Shown here: piece by piece, positions 26,055 to 37,299 of the stretch
How the letters are laid out: each line of letters begins with the position of its first letter
How positions within the stretch are numbered: the stretch's first letter is position 1
Source: Marsupella aquatica
Lineage: Eukaryota > Plantae > Marchantiophyta
NCBI GenBank assembly: GCA_973895155.1
Contig: OZ316895.1
Span: forward strand, 4,839,181 to 4,903,180
Direction of reading: 5' to 3'
Length of the DNA stretch: 64,000 bases
Notes under the pieces: generated by a model
The model's input: the letters and a program-made list of their open reading frames with translations, nothing else
The model's database searches: none
Told to the model about the DNA's origin: nothing
Translations under genes and position numbers: made by a program

Positions 26055-26306
26055 TTGAAGTAGTTACAAACCTGCTCCAATGATCTGCAAACCTCCCTCC
26101 CAGATGAAGTCAACTACACAGTGCAGCCTGGACACCCACCAACCAAGACATACATAAATACAATGCCAACTTGCGAAACTTTGCCACATAATGGGAATGA
26201 AAATTATTCTCATATATCATGGATGGTACAATTGCAGCCTTGCAAACAAAGGCCTAGTCATCCCGGACCTCAAGTCATGAACAACGCATCCATGTACTAT
26301 CAGGGA

Positions 26307-26705
26307 CTACAATGTCAAGCATCCATGGGCTGTAACCTTAGCTTGACCTGGAATACTATCTGGGGCTACAATATCAAGCTCAGTTATATGTGGAATACTA
26401 TCTAGGACTACAATGTCAAGCGTGTCCGGGATGACAATCTTGCGTAAAAGACACTCATTTTGAGGCCAAATGGTTGGCCTTATACAAGAGCACCTCCAGC
26501 GACGTGTGACAACTTTGCCATGCTTTCCCATGTATGTCCTAGTAACAAGTCTTCCACGCATTTTCAAGCAGAAGCAATGGAACCATTCAAAATTGCCATC
26601 ACCAACCCTGCACTTCACACAAGATTCGCACCAGCAGCATTCATCTGGATGCTGCAAAAGGAGCTTCTCATAATTCGCTTCTAATGTAATGCCCAATTTA
26701 GCCAT
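26307..26705 (-). CDS. Small Cys/His-rich, PHD-like ORF; possibly an upstream exon of the EDM2-like gene
   Basis: ATG-initiated; CCWC..VKC..EWFHCFC..WRC resembles the PHD EWFH..C..W.C pattern. Confidence 0.4.
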   Translation of the reverse strand: MAKLGITLEANYEKLLLQHPDECCWCESCVKCRVGDGNFEWFHCFCLKMRGRLVTRTYMGKHGKVVTRRWRCSCIRPTIWPQNECLLRKIVIPDTLDIVVLDSIPHITELDIVAPDSIPGQAKVTAHGCLTL

Positions 26706-27884
26706 GGCACTATTTTTTTTACTCGGTGAATGGCCAGGCGATCAGACGTGCAATGACAGGCAACTTACAATTCACTAGGTACAGTATGTGCTCTAGCAAA
26801 CTGCTTCACCGCAAGTGCTGGTGCTCACAGCTGCAAGCACTGATTGCTTTTGCAACCTGTGAACAAAATTAAAACCACCAGTTCAATAAGTTTCAAATGC
26901 TGCAAGCGCTGAAGACAACCAATTGGCCATGATGCATGTTACGACAGCAATAAACAAATAATTGGGCTCAACAGACCTGAATAGCTAACCTGAATAGCTA
27001 ACCTGAATAGGATCATGGACCTCTCATAGCTATGGTGTCCTTCCTACATTACACATTGGTCTAATTTATGCAGTGTTTCACTATGATTGTGTTCCATAGA
27101 AGAGCATCCAATCTGGCTGACCATTGGAGGAAGCTTGGGCTGGGTCATAGCTACAGCAATTACTCCTCTGCAAATGCTATTTGTTGGTAACACATGTTTA
27201 CTCATCAGTAGACGAATGAAGCATCTGAGGTTTTTGAAACTTGTGCTCTGATGAGGGAGTGAGTGACGTGGGAGCCATGATAATCATAGATTCAGTGCAA
27301 AAGCAAAATCCATGCTCAAAGGCAAACGTGGCAAAATTGGGTATATGTTCTTCACTGCCAAAGCTTCTGTTTGCGCAGCAAAATCCACGAAAGGAATGAA
27401 GGAACAAGGGGGAACTCCAGACTCAAGAGCCTCAATTGCTGCATTGTGGAAACGCGTTGCATGGGAGAAGTCGTTGGCTTGTAGAAGAAGTAAAAGTGTG
27501 CTGGTGAAGGATTTTGTGGTCGGGGTGCATCATAAGGTTGACACAGAGAAGAGAGAGGTGTGGAGAGGCGAGGAGAGGAGCAGAAAAGTAGGAAAGGCCG
27601 TGTAAGGCAGTCGATAAAAAGCGAGTTAGGTTTGGAGTGTCCTCTCGACAGCAAAGGATTTCGTGTGTGCTGAATTTGTTGCTGGTCCAAATTCCAAGAG
27701 CCAGTCAGTAACGGAATAGTGGAATTTTGGGAATAGCAGATGACCTAGGAAGTCAAAAATGGATCTCAGTAGTGGCTCCAAACCATAGCTGCAAGGGCAT
27801 GGCGAGCTCTAGAGGACAAAAAACTGAAAGAGCTTATTGCCATTCACGGAGCTCAAAACTGGAATTTTACTTCTGATAAGCTAA

Positions 27885-28525
27885 ACGGGCAGATCAGGTA
27901 CCACATCGTCTATGACCGCTACTAGATAAGGTGTGCCATGCGTGGCCTGTCTAGACCAACATTGGTGCATGACTTGGCAATTACCCGTGACTATGTCGTC
28001 TTCATGGACTGTCCGCTGCGTCTCGATCCAAAGCGGATGGTCATGAAGGATCAATTTGCAATCGCTCACAGCACAAGCACACCTTTCCGTTTAGGTCTAC
28101 TGCCAAAATATGCCAAGGATGAAACGGAGATGTGCTGGTCCAACTTTCCTTCAGCCATCAATTTCCACGTCGCAAACGGATGGCAGGAAGGAGATGAAAT
28201 CGTTTTAGTTACGTGGCGAATGCCAACAACGGATCTACTTCGGATCACTGACGTTTGCCCGCGATTGCACGAGTATCGGATCAACTGGAAGACTGGAGAG
28301 ACTATGGACAGAAGGCTGGGGGAGTTCGATACTGAATATCCCGCGATTAACAAGAATTATATTGGCAAGAAGACCCGATACATCTACACAGCTACTCGTT
28401 CAGCTGGAGTTGACAGCCAATCTAGCAGATATGGAATCATTAAATTTGATTTGAGTAACGGACCTGAGTTGGGTAAAGAAACACTGCAGGTCGGAGGGAA
28501 TGTGGGAGGTGTCTTCTGGCATGGG
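27885..28525 (+). pseudogene. CCD1: Captured internal fragment of carotenoid cleavage dioxygenase 1 (CCD1-like)
   Basis: HDLAITRDYVVFMDCPL, LGLLPKYAKDE, FHVANGWQEGDEIVL, EYPAINKNYIGKKTRYIY, GIIKFDL..LQVGGNV. Truncated at both ends; no introns. Confidence 0.8.
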
Positions 28526-28529
28526 CTTC

Positions 28530-29600
28530 AAACAATAGCAAGCAAGCACGAGCATGAAACAATAGCAAGCAACCAAGCACGATCGTCAAAGCAGGAAGCG
28601 CCCACCTCCCGGTTGAGCAACGTACATAGCAATGCTGGCAGTAGCCTTGGCACTCCTGTTTGAGCAAGCATTGAGAGAGAGCAGCAACGTAGCACTCTCG
28701 CTCCCGTTTCAGCAAGCTAGCATGCAGCTCCCATTTCAGCAAGCTAGCAGCTTCCGTTTCAGCAAGCAGCAATGCCACACTCCCGGCACCCACCTCCTGT
28801 TTGAGCAGCTGCAATGCAGCACTTGCAACAGCCACACTCCCGCCCGCACTCCCTGTTTGAGCAACAACACAGCAATCACATAAACTTTCCTATCATTTCA
28901 GCAAGAAGGAACGTAGCACACTCCCTCAACCACAGACAGTAGCGCACCTATACACTCCAACCTTGCAGCGCAGCCAACACTCTCGCCCGATCATTCACTC
29001 CAAGCAGCGCGCGCAGCCGAGAGTGCAACACTCTCACTTGATCCTTCACTCCCAGGTTCACTCCAAGTAGCAGCGCAGCCGAGAAGTCTTGCTCTCCCCT
29101 TCACTCTAAGCAGCAGCGCAGTTGAGAACTCTCGCTCTCCCCTTCACTCTAAGCAGCAACGCAGCCGAGAACGACCTTGATCCTTCACTCCAAGTAGCAG
29201 CGCGCAGCCGAGAACACTTGGTTGATCCTTCACGTCAAGCAGCAGCGGCAGCAGCGCAGCCAAGAGCGCAACACTCTCGCTCTCCCCTTCACTCCAAGGC
29301 GCAGCCGATAACTCTTCAAATCCCTTCACTTCAAGCAGCAGCGACAGTAGCGCAGCCAAGAGTGCAACACTCGTTCTCGATCTCCCCTTCACTCCAAGGC
29401 GTAGCTGACAACTCTCGCTCAATCCTTCGCGAGCAGCAGTGCAGCCTAGAAATGTTGGCACTTCATCCTTCACTCCAAGCAGCCGTAGCAGCAGCGCAGG
29501 CGAGAGCACAACACTCTCGCTCGATCCTTCTTCACTCGCATCCAAGGTCACAACACTGACTCTCTCTCGATCCTTCTTTGCTCCAAGCAGCAGCACACTT
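28530..29600. repeat. Degenerate short-motif array (gcagcgcagccgaga / atccttcactccaagca) inside the DNA transposon
   Basis: Many imperfect copies directly visible; ORFs over it are low-complexity. Confidence 0.7.
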
Positions 29601-30134
29601 GTTTAGACCCCCATTTACACCATTTTCTGCAAGGTACAAACAAAAGAGTCTCTCGTCCCAAACAACGGGTGGGGCCAAAGGGATAGTGGAGGGAAACCAC
29701 ACGGGAGGAGACTGACAAGGGCCAATTGAGGGAAATGAGACATGTTAACGGAACAATTCAAACTTAATCCCGGTCAAACCCTAAACATGAGTCCCCCAAA
29801 ACCAGACCCACTTAAATCATTCTCAAATTCTTGCCATGTTAAACATGACTTAGGAAAATATATTGGGAATGTTATGTGTGCCATGTGTACCAATGATATA
29901 GTGCCACGTGTAATTTACATAGTCCGATTCAACGACCCCCTAACTTCCTTGTATGCCTTCCATCTACATAGTCAAAAATATTAATATCCCTATTGTTCTT
30001 ACAAGTTGTCCAACATATAAAGTCGACCCTATTGTTCTTACACAAATCTTCTTAAGTCTTCCGAGAAACCCAATTAACGGACCCTATACTTAGTCGCACG
30101 TGATATGAGATTTTCGCGAAGTGAGACCCCCAAG

Positions 30135-30274
30135 CTGAAGAATAACCAAACCTTTTTCACTCATGTGACCCAAACGGAAGTGCCACAGCCGGGCCGTCTC
30201 CTCATGAGATAAGGTTACATTGGCTTCATCACAGACTACCTACCCTCCAAAACGTATAGATTGCAATGTCTCTT
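30135..30274 (-). pseudogene. Copia GAG-pre-integrase segment stranded between two insertions
   Basis: HCNLYVLEG..EETARLWHFRLGHMSEKGLVILQ. Confidence 0.85.
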
Positions 30275-32948
30275 TATCACCTGCTTGTCAAACGACTAAC
30301 ACAACAAACACCACATGGTTCCACTAAAAATTGTTTGTATCGTATGACGGGGACGTGGAGGGACGCTATATGGATCAATTTCATACTAAGGATGAGTAGA
30401 TTCATTTCCGCTCCCGAAAATGTATTTTTTGATCAAGTCTACCGACTATACGTAATCTGCTTTTGATCAAGTCCCGTGGACTACCTTGCTTCTACTCCTC
30501 CTGGCCTTTGGCAAAGTGCTGTCACCACTCTCCCACTCACAGGGTCGACCAAGCCATGTAAGTTTCTCTAAATACTCATACTAGGGGAAGAACACAATCG
30601 TGCAACCAAGAGAGGGAACAACACACAAGAAGTCATGAAAATCCAACCGAATCCATATCTATTAGTGGCCAAGGTAACACATTGCATGGGCAACCCGGTC
30701 TCCTACCGTCTACCCAACTCCTGCCTCACGGGACAATGAGCCTCTCCACCTCAATACTCTGGATCAATTCCCTACTCTTGTTAAAGGCTAATCCTCACAA
30801 AAACAACACTAGACTGAGTTCCCCCTGCTCCTACCGGGGGCTGCTGGTTAAATACTGAAAACAACAATGCATGAACACACAAGCCCTAGGGTGTGGCGGC
30901 GGCCACTGCCCTGGCGGCGCCGCTAACCTAAAAGTTTTCTACACATGCAGCACACACACGCACCCCTAATCCTATTGCTACCTAAGTGAGGCCAACGGTG
31001 CCTTCGTCGGCCATCACACCAACTAAACAAAACTAGACTAATGTCCTATGTAGGCCATGGCCTACCTTCCTACTACAGGGTGGCCAACGCCTCCCACTAC
31101 TCTGGCCATGGAAATAGCCGAAAGTAGAAGTTGATCTAAATCTGGTCCTGAGAAATTTTATGAGTAGCCACGGCCATCCTGATCGTAACCCTGAAAACTG
31201 CTCCCAAAATGGACATCAGACGCCCGAGATATGGCCTACCGAGTCCCAAACTTTACCCTAGCCACCGTCGCGTCCAAATAGTTCGTACGGTCCCGGCCTC
31301 CCATCACGACATCAAATTGAGGTACCCTGGCCATGGCCACATGCCCTGACTTGGCCGGGTCACTCTCCTAAAGGTTGTACGGACGTCCGTACGGTGTCGG
31401 ACCCTAATTCTTCACCAAAATGCTTCGGTCCGTATCTCTCTCATTTTAACTCCGTTTGAGGCGTGTCTTACATTGTTAGATTCAGCTCGACGAGCTCCTT
31501 CCAATAAGCCCATGAGTTGGCCAGCTGGACATGTGCCCAAAACCAACCTCCATATGGTCAACATCCGTACCACTACTAATCCTCCTCGGACTCACTTACG
31601 GTGCCGGGGCTCTATCCCCGAGAGTCATCACTGGCCTTACTGCCCCCCTGGGTAGATGCAACACCTCCTCCCCTACTCCCCGGGGTGGCCCTTCCCAACG
31701 TTTGGCCCGAGGTTCCTTGCTTCCGTAATGCCGCCAAAGCCTGCCAAGCCCTGATGTATCCGTGACCGATGGTGTCCTTCCACAACGTTGTCTCCTCATC
31801 ACCCCGCAATTCCAATGGCAAGACTTGGCCCATGGCCATGGGAGTTCCCGGGGTCACCGACCTAGGTGGCATACCCGTGGTTCCCTGGCCAGACGTTGCG
31901 TTCCTTAGCTTTGCGGGTTGACTTCAACTTACTCTCTAGGCTCTTGCACTTCTCCTTGTCCTTCTTGGCCGCTTCCAACATTGGCCCATAAGTCTTGGTT
32001 ACTTTGATGACCACTGCATCAATGGCCTTGGCCAACATCTCTGGCGAAGCAACGGGAGTAACACCGGGTGGACAGGGCTTCTTCCTCTTCCCTAGACTCA
32101 GGGCGTCGGCTCTCTTGGCCCTTGTCTCATAAGCACTCACCTGGCCACGCAACTCTAAAATCTGCTTTTTGGGGCATCCACGCCCTTTTTGGCTTGCTTC
32201 ATCGTTACCAGCTCCTTCCTCAAAGCAACTGCTTCCTCGGACTCCTTGGCCTTGGTCGACAGGGCTCCTCCAGGTGTGGGGGATTTTATTACTCCCCTCC
32301 CCTTGCTTTTCCCCCTTATGGCCGGCTCCTGGTCGCGCCCTCCTGCTTGTGCCTTCCCGGGCCGGCTCCACTGCTGCTCTTCCTCGCCGGCTCCCTTCTC
32401 CCGGGCCTCTTGCCCTTGGCCGGCTTTCTTGGAAAGGGGAATTTAATCCCCCCCTTAGTGCCTCTATAAGCTAAGGCCGGGCCTCCTTCTTGGCCGGCTC
32501 CCTTCTCCGGGACCTCTTGCCCTTATGGCCAGCTCTTTTTGGCCGAGGCTAATTTGTGCTAGGGTCCGTGTTGCTGGTCGGGGCACCTCATGCGGTGCTT
32601 GGCCACTAACTCCTTCGACCGGCCCCCATGCGCAAATACTAGGGCTGGTGATAAAAATGTAAAGCTAGATAATCCCCCGGCTCCAGCATGGAATGGCAAT
32701 AGGGCACATGCCTTGGCCCGGACCAGCCAGCGGCCAACCCCCCAACTCTGACGCTTGGCCCGATAACTAAAATTAAGAGGACCTAGAAAAAAATATCACT
32801 ACTTATCTCATCTATATTGCGTATAAACTATTGTTGGCAAGGTTGTAAGAGAACAAAAGAAAAAAACTTGACACAAATCTATGTATTTATATGTGTGCAT
32901 CACTACTACCCTTTAAAATCATTCCTTGGGACCATTGGCCCCGTCACA
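30275..32948. mobile_element. 2.67-kb nested insertion, probably a long solo LTR
   Basis: 5-bp TSD CTCTT at 30270-30274 and 32949-32953. Ends TATCAC (probably decayed TG)...GTCACA. Removal rejoins copia KVVLK*K|RHCNLY. Confidence 0.7.
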
Positions 32949-33325
32949 CTCTTTTACTTCAATACAACTTTAGTACCAGTTGAAACCTGAAGGACACCAT
33001 TAGCAGAGCTCCATTGATGGCTATTTGCATCTAAAACTCCAAGTGAAATGAGATTTTTCATCATGTTGGGAATATTCTCACATTCCTCAATGTTCTCAGA
33101 GCACCATCAAACATCTGAAATCTTACAGATCCAAGTCCAACAACTTGACATGGGATTTCATTTCCCATCAACACTAACCCGTTGGAAACCGTGTAAGAAC
33201 TAAAAAAATCTCTCCTAGAGCAAATGTGAAAAGTACATGCACTATCTAGAATCCAATCATCACTACCTGGATTTGACACTACGTTGAGAGCATAACCTTG
33301 GCATCACAATATGTCATCATCATCG
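32949..33325 (-). pseudogene. Copia aspartic protease region
   Basis: DDWILDSACTFHIC, VLMGN..CQVVGLGSV, LRNVR..KNLISLGVLD. Confidence 0.85.
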
Positions 33326-33329
33326 AGTA

Positions 33330-34125
33330 AATCTACCTCATGCTATTACAGGAGTTTGACTACGAGCTAAAAATCAAGCCAGGAAAGCTACACGCCAATG
33401 CCGACTTCTTTTCAAGGATCACAGGTGAACTTGCCACGGATTGCATCGATGATCGATTTCCCAACGAGGAGCTATTCGTTGTGGAAATAGTTGATACATG
33501 GTACCCTGAGATTTTACAATTTCTCAGCACATCCAGATTATAGCCAGGGCTAAACAGAGAGCAAGCCGCAGTCTTTCTGCGGAAGGTCATACAGTATCAG
33601 TGCATTAAAGGCATCCTACACAGGTATGGAATCAGTGGCACGATTCAAAGGTGTTTGGAAAAAGGAGAGGTAAAACGAGTCGTACGGGCTATGCATGGGG
33701 AGGAAGCCGAAGGACATTTTGCTCCAGCAACCACGTCTAAAAAGATATTAAATGCCGATTATTGGTGGCCCACCTTGCACAAGGATGTCTACCAGTTTAT
33801 CAAACAATGCGACCCTTGTCAGCGAGCGGGAGGACCAAGGGCGTCCACAAGACATCCACTGCACCCTATTCTACCTCTGGCACCATTTGAGAAATGGGGT
33901 ATTGACTACATGGGACCTCTGAAACCATTGACCCGTCCTCGAAAAAACAAGTACATAATCTTGGCCACGGATTATGCAACTAAGTGGATAGAGGCCAGGC
34001 CGACAACAAAGGATGATGCAATTACTACGGCTCGATTCATGTATGAGCAGATCTTCACCAGGTATGGCGCACCCCTAGAATTAGTTAGTGATAGAGGAAC
34101 CCATTTTCTGAATGATATAATTAGT
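33330..34125 (+). mobile_element. Ty3/gypsy RNase H C-terminus plus integrase fragment embedded antisense in copia gag
   Basis: LLQEFDYELKIKPGKLHANADFFSR; H..GHF..YWWPTLHKDV..CDPCQR; PFEKWGIDYMGP; DYATKWIEA; LVSDRGTHF. Ends abruptly. Confidence 0.85.
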
Positions 34126-34127
34126 CG

Positions 34128-34610
34128 TTTAAATGAGCTTAGTACAGACTTCTTGTACAGCCGGTCTGACGCATCTTCCCAGTAGTACTTCTCTCTTAGA
34201 GCCTTGAATAGTGACGCGCGATCCTCATAATCATCCAGCTGCTGGATGATGTGCGGCTTGAGATATAGCATCACTGCGTTGACAGTAATCACCTGCTCTC
34301 GTCTCCAATGTCTCACATAAATCTCCTCCTCTCCATCATATTGCTCCCACAGCAAGTAATCAGTACGACCATCGTACTTCTCCACCTCAAACTTCACTCC
34401 TCCAAATCTAGCCATCTCCCTCTTCTTCCCCACTATCGATAGCTCTGGTAGTAACACAGTTTCCTCCATTGCACGCAGCACCGGTGATGGTACCGGTGTT
34501 ACTAGTTCTTCCTCAAACAGTAGTAGCTCCTCCTCAGACTCTCCGTCTGACCGTCGCGATCCTGAAGCTCCATCGACGCCAATTCTTCTAGTATCCTTTG
34601 AGTCACTCAA
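34128..34610 (-). pseudogene. Copia gag N-terminal part with internal deletions
   Basis: GVKFEVEKYDGRTDYLLW motif typical of copia gag; zinc knuckle absent. Confidence 0.7.
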
Positions 34611-36269
34611 TCACAAAAAATTCAATAAAACTTCTCATAAAACTCAAAACTCAACACCGCCGCGTAGCCCATGAAGCTAGGAGTCCAATACTGAAAGTCA
34701 AAATCAAAATCAAAATTTGAAGGAAAAGTTATTCAAATTTTGGTCAGGGTGGGTAAAACCTTGGGAAACTCCCCCGTTTAGACCACCTCGGAGAATAACC
34801 AAAATACCCAGTACAACCCGTCGTCAGAATTGCAATGTGATCGGTGCGCTGCGTTGCTAACTCTAGTGGTAACATCCTCACCGAAAAAGAACCAAAAAAG
34901 TTACCGTTCGGTGGACGGAATCTTTGTTGGACGGCTGAAAGCCAGCTCTCTATTTTTTTGGGAATATTCCCGCAAAGTCCGATAGGTCTCACAGAGGGCA
35001 GTTCCCCCTGTCGGAGCGATTAAAATGGAGGGCGGCAGGTCCCGGCACAAGGAGAATAAAGGGGAAGAAAGAACAAAAAATGGCTTAAAATAGGCCCTAA
35101 AGGGGTTGCTAACGCCCCTTAAGCACAAAATACGTTCAAAAACGCGCATCCATGTCGTGCGATGCGAGGCGGGCCAGGCAGGAATACGCACAGGGGATAC
35201 AAGTGGCTGTGTACGCAGCGGCGTACAACCAAAAATCGGGCCGGGGGTGAGACGCGTAATAGAGGGCGGGGCAGGCGGCCGGCAGGCTACCGGGCACGAA
35301 TGAAATTGAGAGGGGTGGTAGGGTGGGCGAGGGCAGGGCGACCGACGTCAGCCCGGTCACGTTTCAGGAGTACTAAAGGGAGGGGGGGCGAGCGTGCGAG
35401 CGCGCATAAGGCGCCGGCCGACACTGCGCCTAAGATTCCGGGGAGGGGGGGACTCGGCCGGCGGGGCCCGATCCAAAGACGGCGTATGAAGGGTGCGGGG
35501 GGGAGTATGAGGGGCCCGACAAGGTGTGTATACAACTCGTGTGTATACACAAATAACAAACCCCTCGAAAACCCCCCCTAAAAGCCAAAGATTAGCCCTT
35601 AACTTTAAAAAGCCGATTACTTACTTAACCGCTGCCGTTTCCAACAAGAAAAGTGAACGCGGTCGACGGGAAATGTTGCCGAATTGCACCGGCACAGTCT
35701 GCAGCTCCAGCAGTGTAAAAAAATTCCGTCGCGTCGCCTTCACTCTACGTCAAGTGTCAATCCTGGGCTCAAAACGACCGCCTCGCCGCGATCAATCCAT
35801 TGAGCCGTAGCACTTCGCGTCTCTTCCACCGAGTCGGACGTCACAAAGAGAAACCTGGTTCAGATGAGAACAAGCTCCATAGCTTGTGAAAAAACCTGAA
35901 TGCCTCCTCCACTCGTCACGACGCACTCGGTAATAACTCGGCAGCAATCCAGCTACCGAAATGACCAGCTCACTTCAACCTTCAACTTGAGCTATAATGT
36001 GCGATCCCTCCCGCACCGCACAACTCACACCGTTGAAAAACGCAAACTCTGGTCTCTCCCCCGAAAAGCCGTCGAACATGGATAAACCCTGAATGACGAA
36101 AACTTCAATTTCTTTGCACCACGGATACCGATCAGCGAGTTCTAACTACTGTTAGAAAGCCCTCTCACTAACCTATCCGCTCAACCACACACATTCGAGT
36201 TTCATGCGATGAAACTCCGAATGTGCCACCGACAATGAACGTTGGAAAAACTTGTCACCTCCCAGGCAT

Positions 36270-36281
36270 GCTCTGATACCA
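36270..36281 (-). promoter_or_regulatory. Primer binding site complementary to initiator tRNA-Met
   Basis: TGGTATCAGAGC on the minus strand, 2 nt inside the 5' LTR boundary. Confidence 0.92.
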
Positions 36282-36283
36282 CT

Positions 36284-36625
36284 TGTTGAGCATAGACGAC
36301 ATTCGTAACGGCAAGCCCATGAACCATCCAACGCACAAGTCTACACAGAGAGATACGTGGTTCACCTCCACATGAGGCTACGTCCACGGGAACACACAAG
36401 AGCTTTACTGCACTCTAGGCCGACCGGCCATACCAAGCATCCACAGCACAAGCTCTCCCTATCTCTCAACTAGCTCCGTAACAATGAGCCTAAGTTCCAC
36501 CAGGGTCTGGCATCAGCCCTGGCTATATGCACACCAGCACAACCGCTAACATTAGCTAAGTCCTAACCCGAGTTAGACTAACCGTGGTTAGCTCATGAGT
36601 CACAAGACTAGAGCAATATCTAACA
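36284..36625 (-). repeat. 5' LTR of the copia element
   Basis: Matches 16330-16673 apart from about nine substitutions and a 2-bp indel. Confidence 0.95.
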
Positions 36626-36751
36626 AATATGACATATACAATGTACAACATCACTCCATATCATGATAAATGTACTAATTTTTTGAAATTAGTGTATATA
36701 TTTTTTAAATCAGTGTATATTAACACATTTTGATGTGTGATTTCGGGCAGG

Positions 36752-37299
36752 CCAAACAACCCAAAGTCCACAACATTGTCACCAGAACAAATGAACATCC
36801 ATACTTTGATGGGTGGGCCCAAGTTGTTAGATATTGCTCTAGTCTTGTGACTCATGAGCTAACCACAGTTAGTCTAACTTGGGTTAGGACTTAGCTAATG
36901 TTAGCGCTAGTGCTGTTGTGTATATAGCCAGGGCTGATGCCAGACCCTGGTGGAACTTAGGCTCATTGTTACGGAGCTAGTTGAGAGATAGGGAGAGCTT
37001 GTGCTGTGGATGCTTGGTATGGCCGGTCGGCCTAGAGTGCAGTAAAGCTCTTGTGTGTTCCCGTGGACGTAACCTCATGTGGAGGTGAACCACGTATCTC
37101 TCTGTGTCGACTATTGTGCGTTGGATGGTTCATGGGCTTGCCGTTATGAATGTCGTCTATGCTCAACACAAGTGCTATAATTGATAACTATTGCATTCTG
37201 CCAAACAACCCAGAGTCCACAACAGTATCACCAGAACAAATGAGCATCCATACTTTGATCGGTGGGCCTAAGTGCTATAATTGATAACTATTGCATTCT
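36752..37299. repeat. Two-copy ~100-bp tandem repeat, first copy split by the solo LTR
   Basis: ccaaacaaccca.agtccacaaca...caccagaacaaatga.catccatactttgat.ggtgggcc.aagtgctataattgataactattgcattct at 36752-36824 plus 37174-37199, and again at 37201-37299. Confidence 0.8.
36825..37168 (+). mobile_element. Solo LTR of the same copia family in opposite orientation
   Basis: TGTTAGATATTG...GCTCAACA is the reverse complement of the LTR; own TSD CAAGT at 36820-36824 and 37169-37173. Confidence 0.93.

Larger units (their letters stand above)
19598..30134 (-). mobile_element. 10.5-kb TIR DNA transposon with a P-element-like transposase and cargo genes
   Basis: 8-bp TSD CTGAAGAA at 19590-19597 and 30135-30142. 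TIR CT(C/T)GGGGGTCTCACT matches 14/15. Removing it rejoins the copia pre-integrase region (LWHFRLGHMSEKGLVILQ ... ILSNLQSCKLEFCEHC, with a 1-base frameshift). Confidence 0.9.
16330..36625 (-). mobile_element. Full-length but inactivated Ty1/copia LTR retrotransposon with nested insertions
   Basis: Two TG..CA LTRs. TSD AATAT at 16325-16329 and 36626-36630. PBS and PPT in place. Order gag-PR-IN-RT-RH on the minus strand. Confidence 0.95.

Noticed and set aside
28632-29596. ORFs over the repeat array
   Set aside because: Translations merely mirror the short nucleotide repeats.
34745-35580. hAT-like MITE in the copia leader (CAGGGTGGG...CCCCCCTA)
   Set aside because: Ends match poorly and no 8-bp TSD was found.
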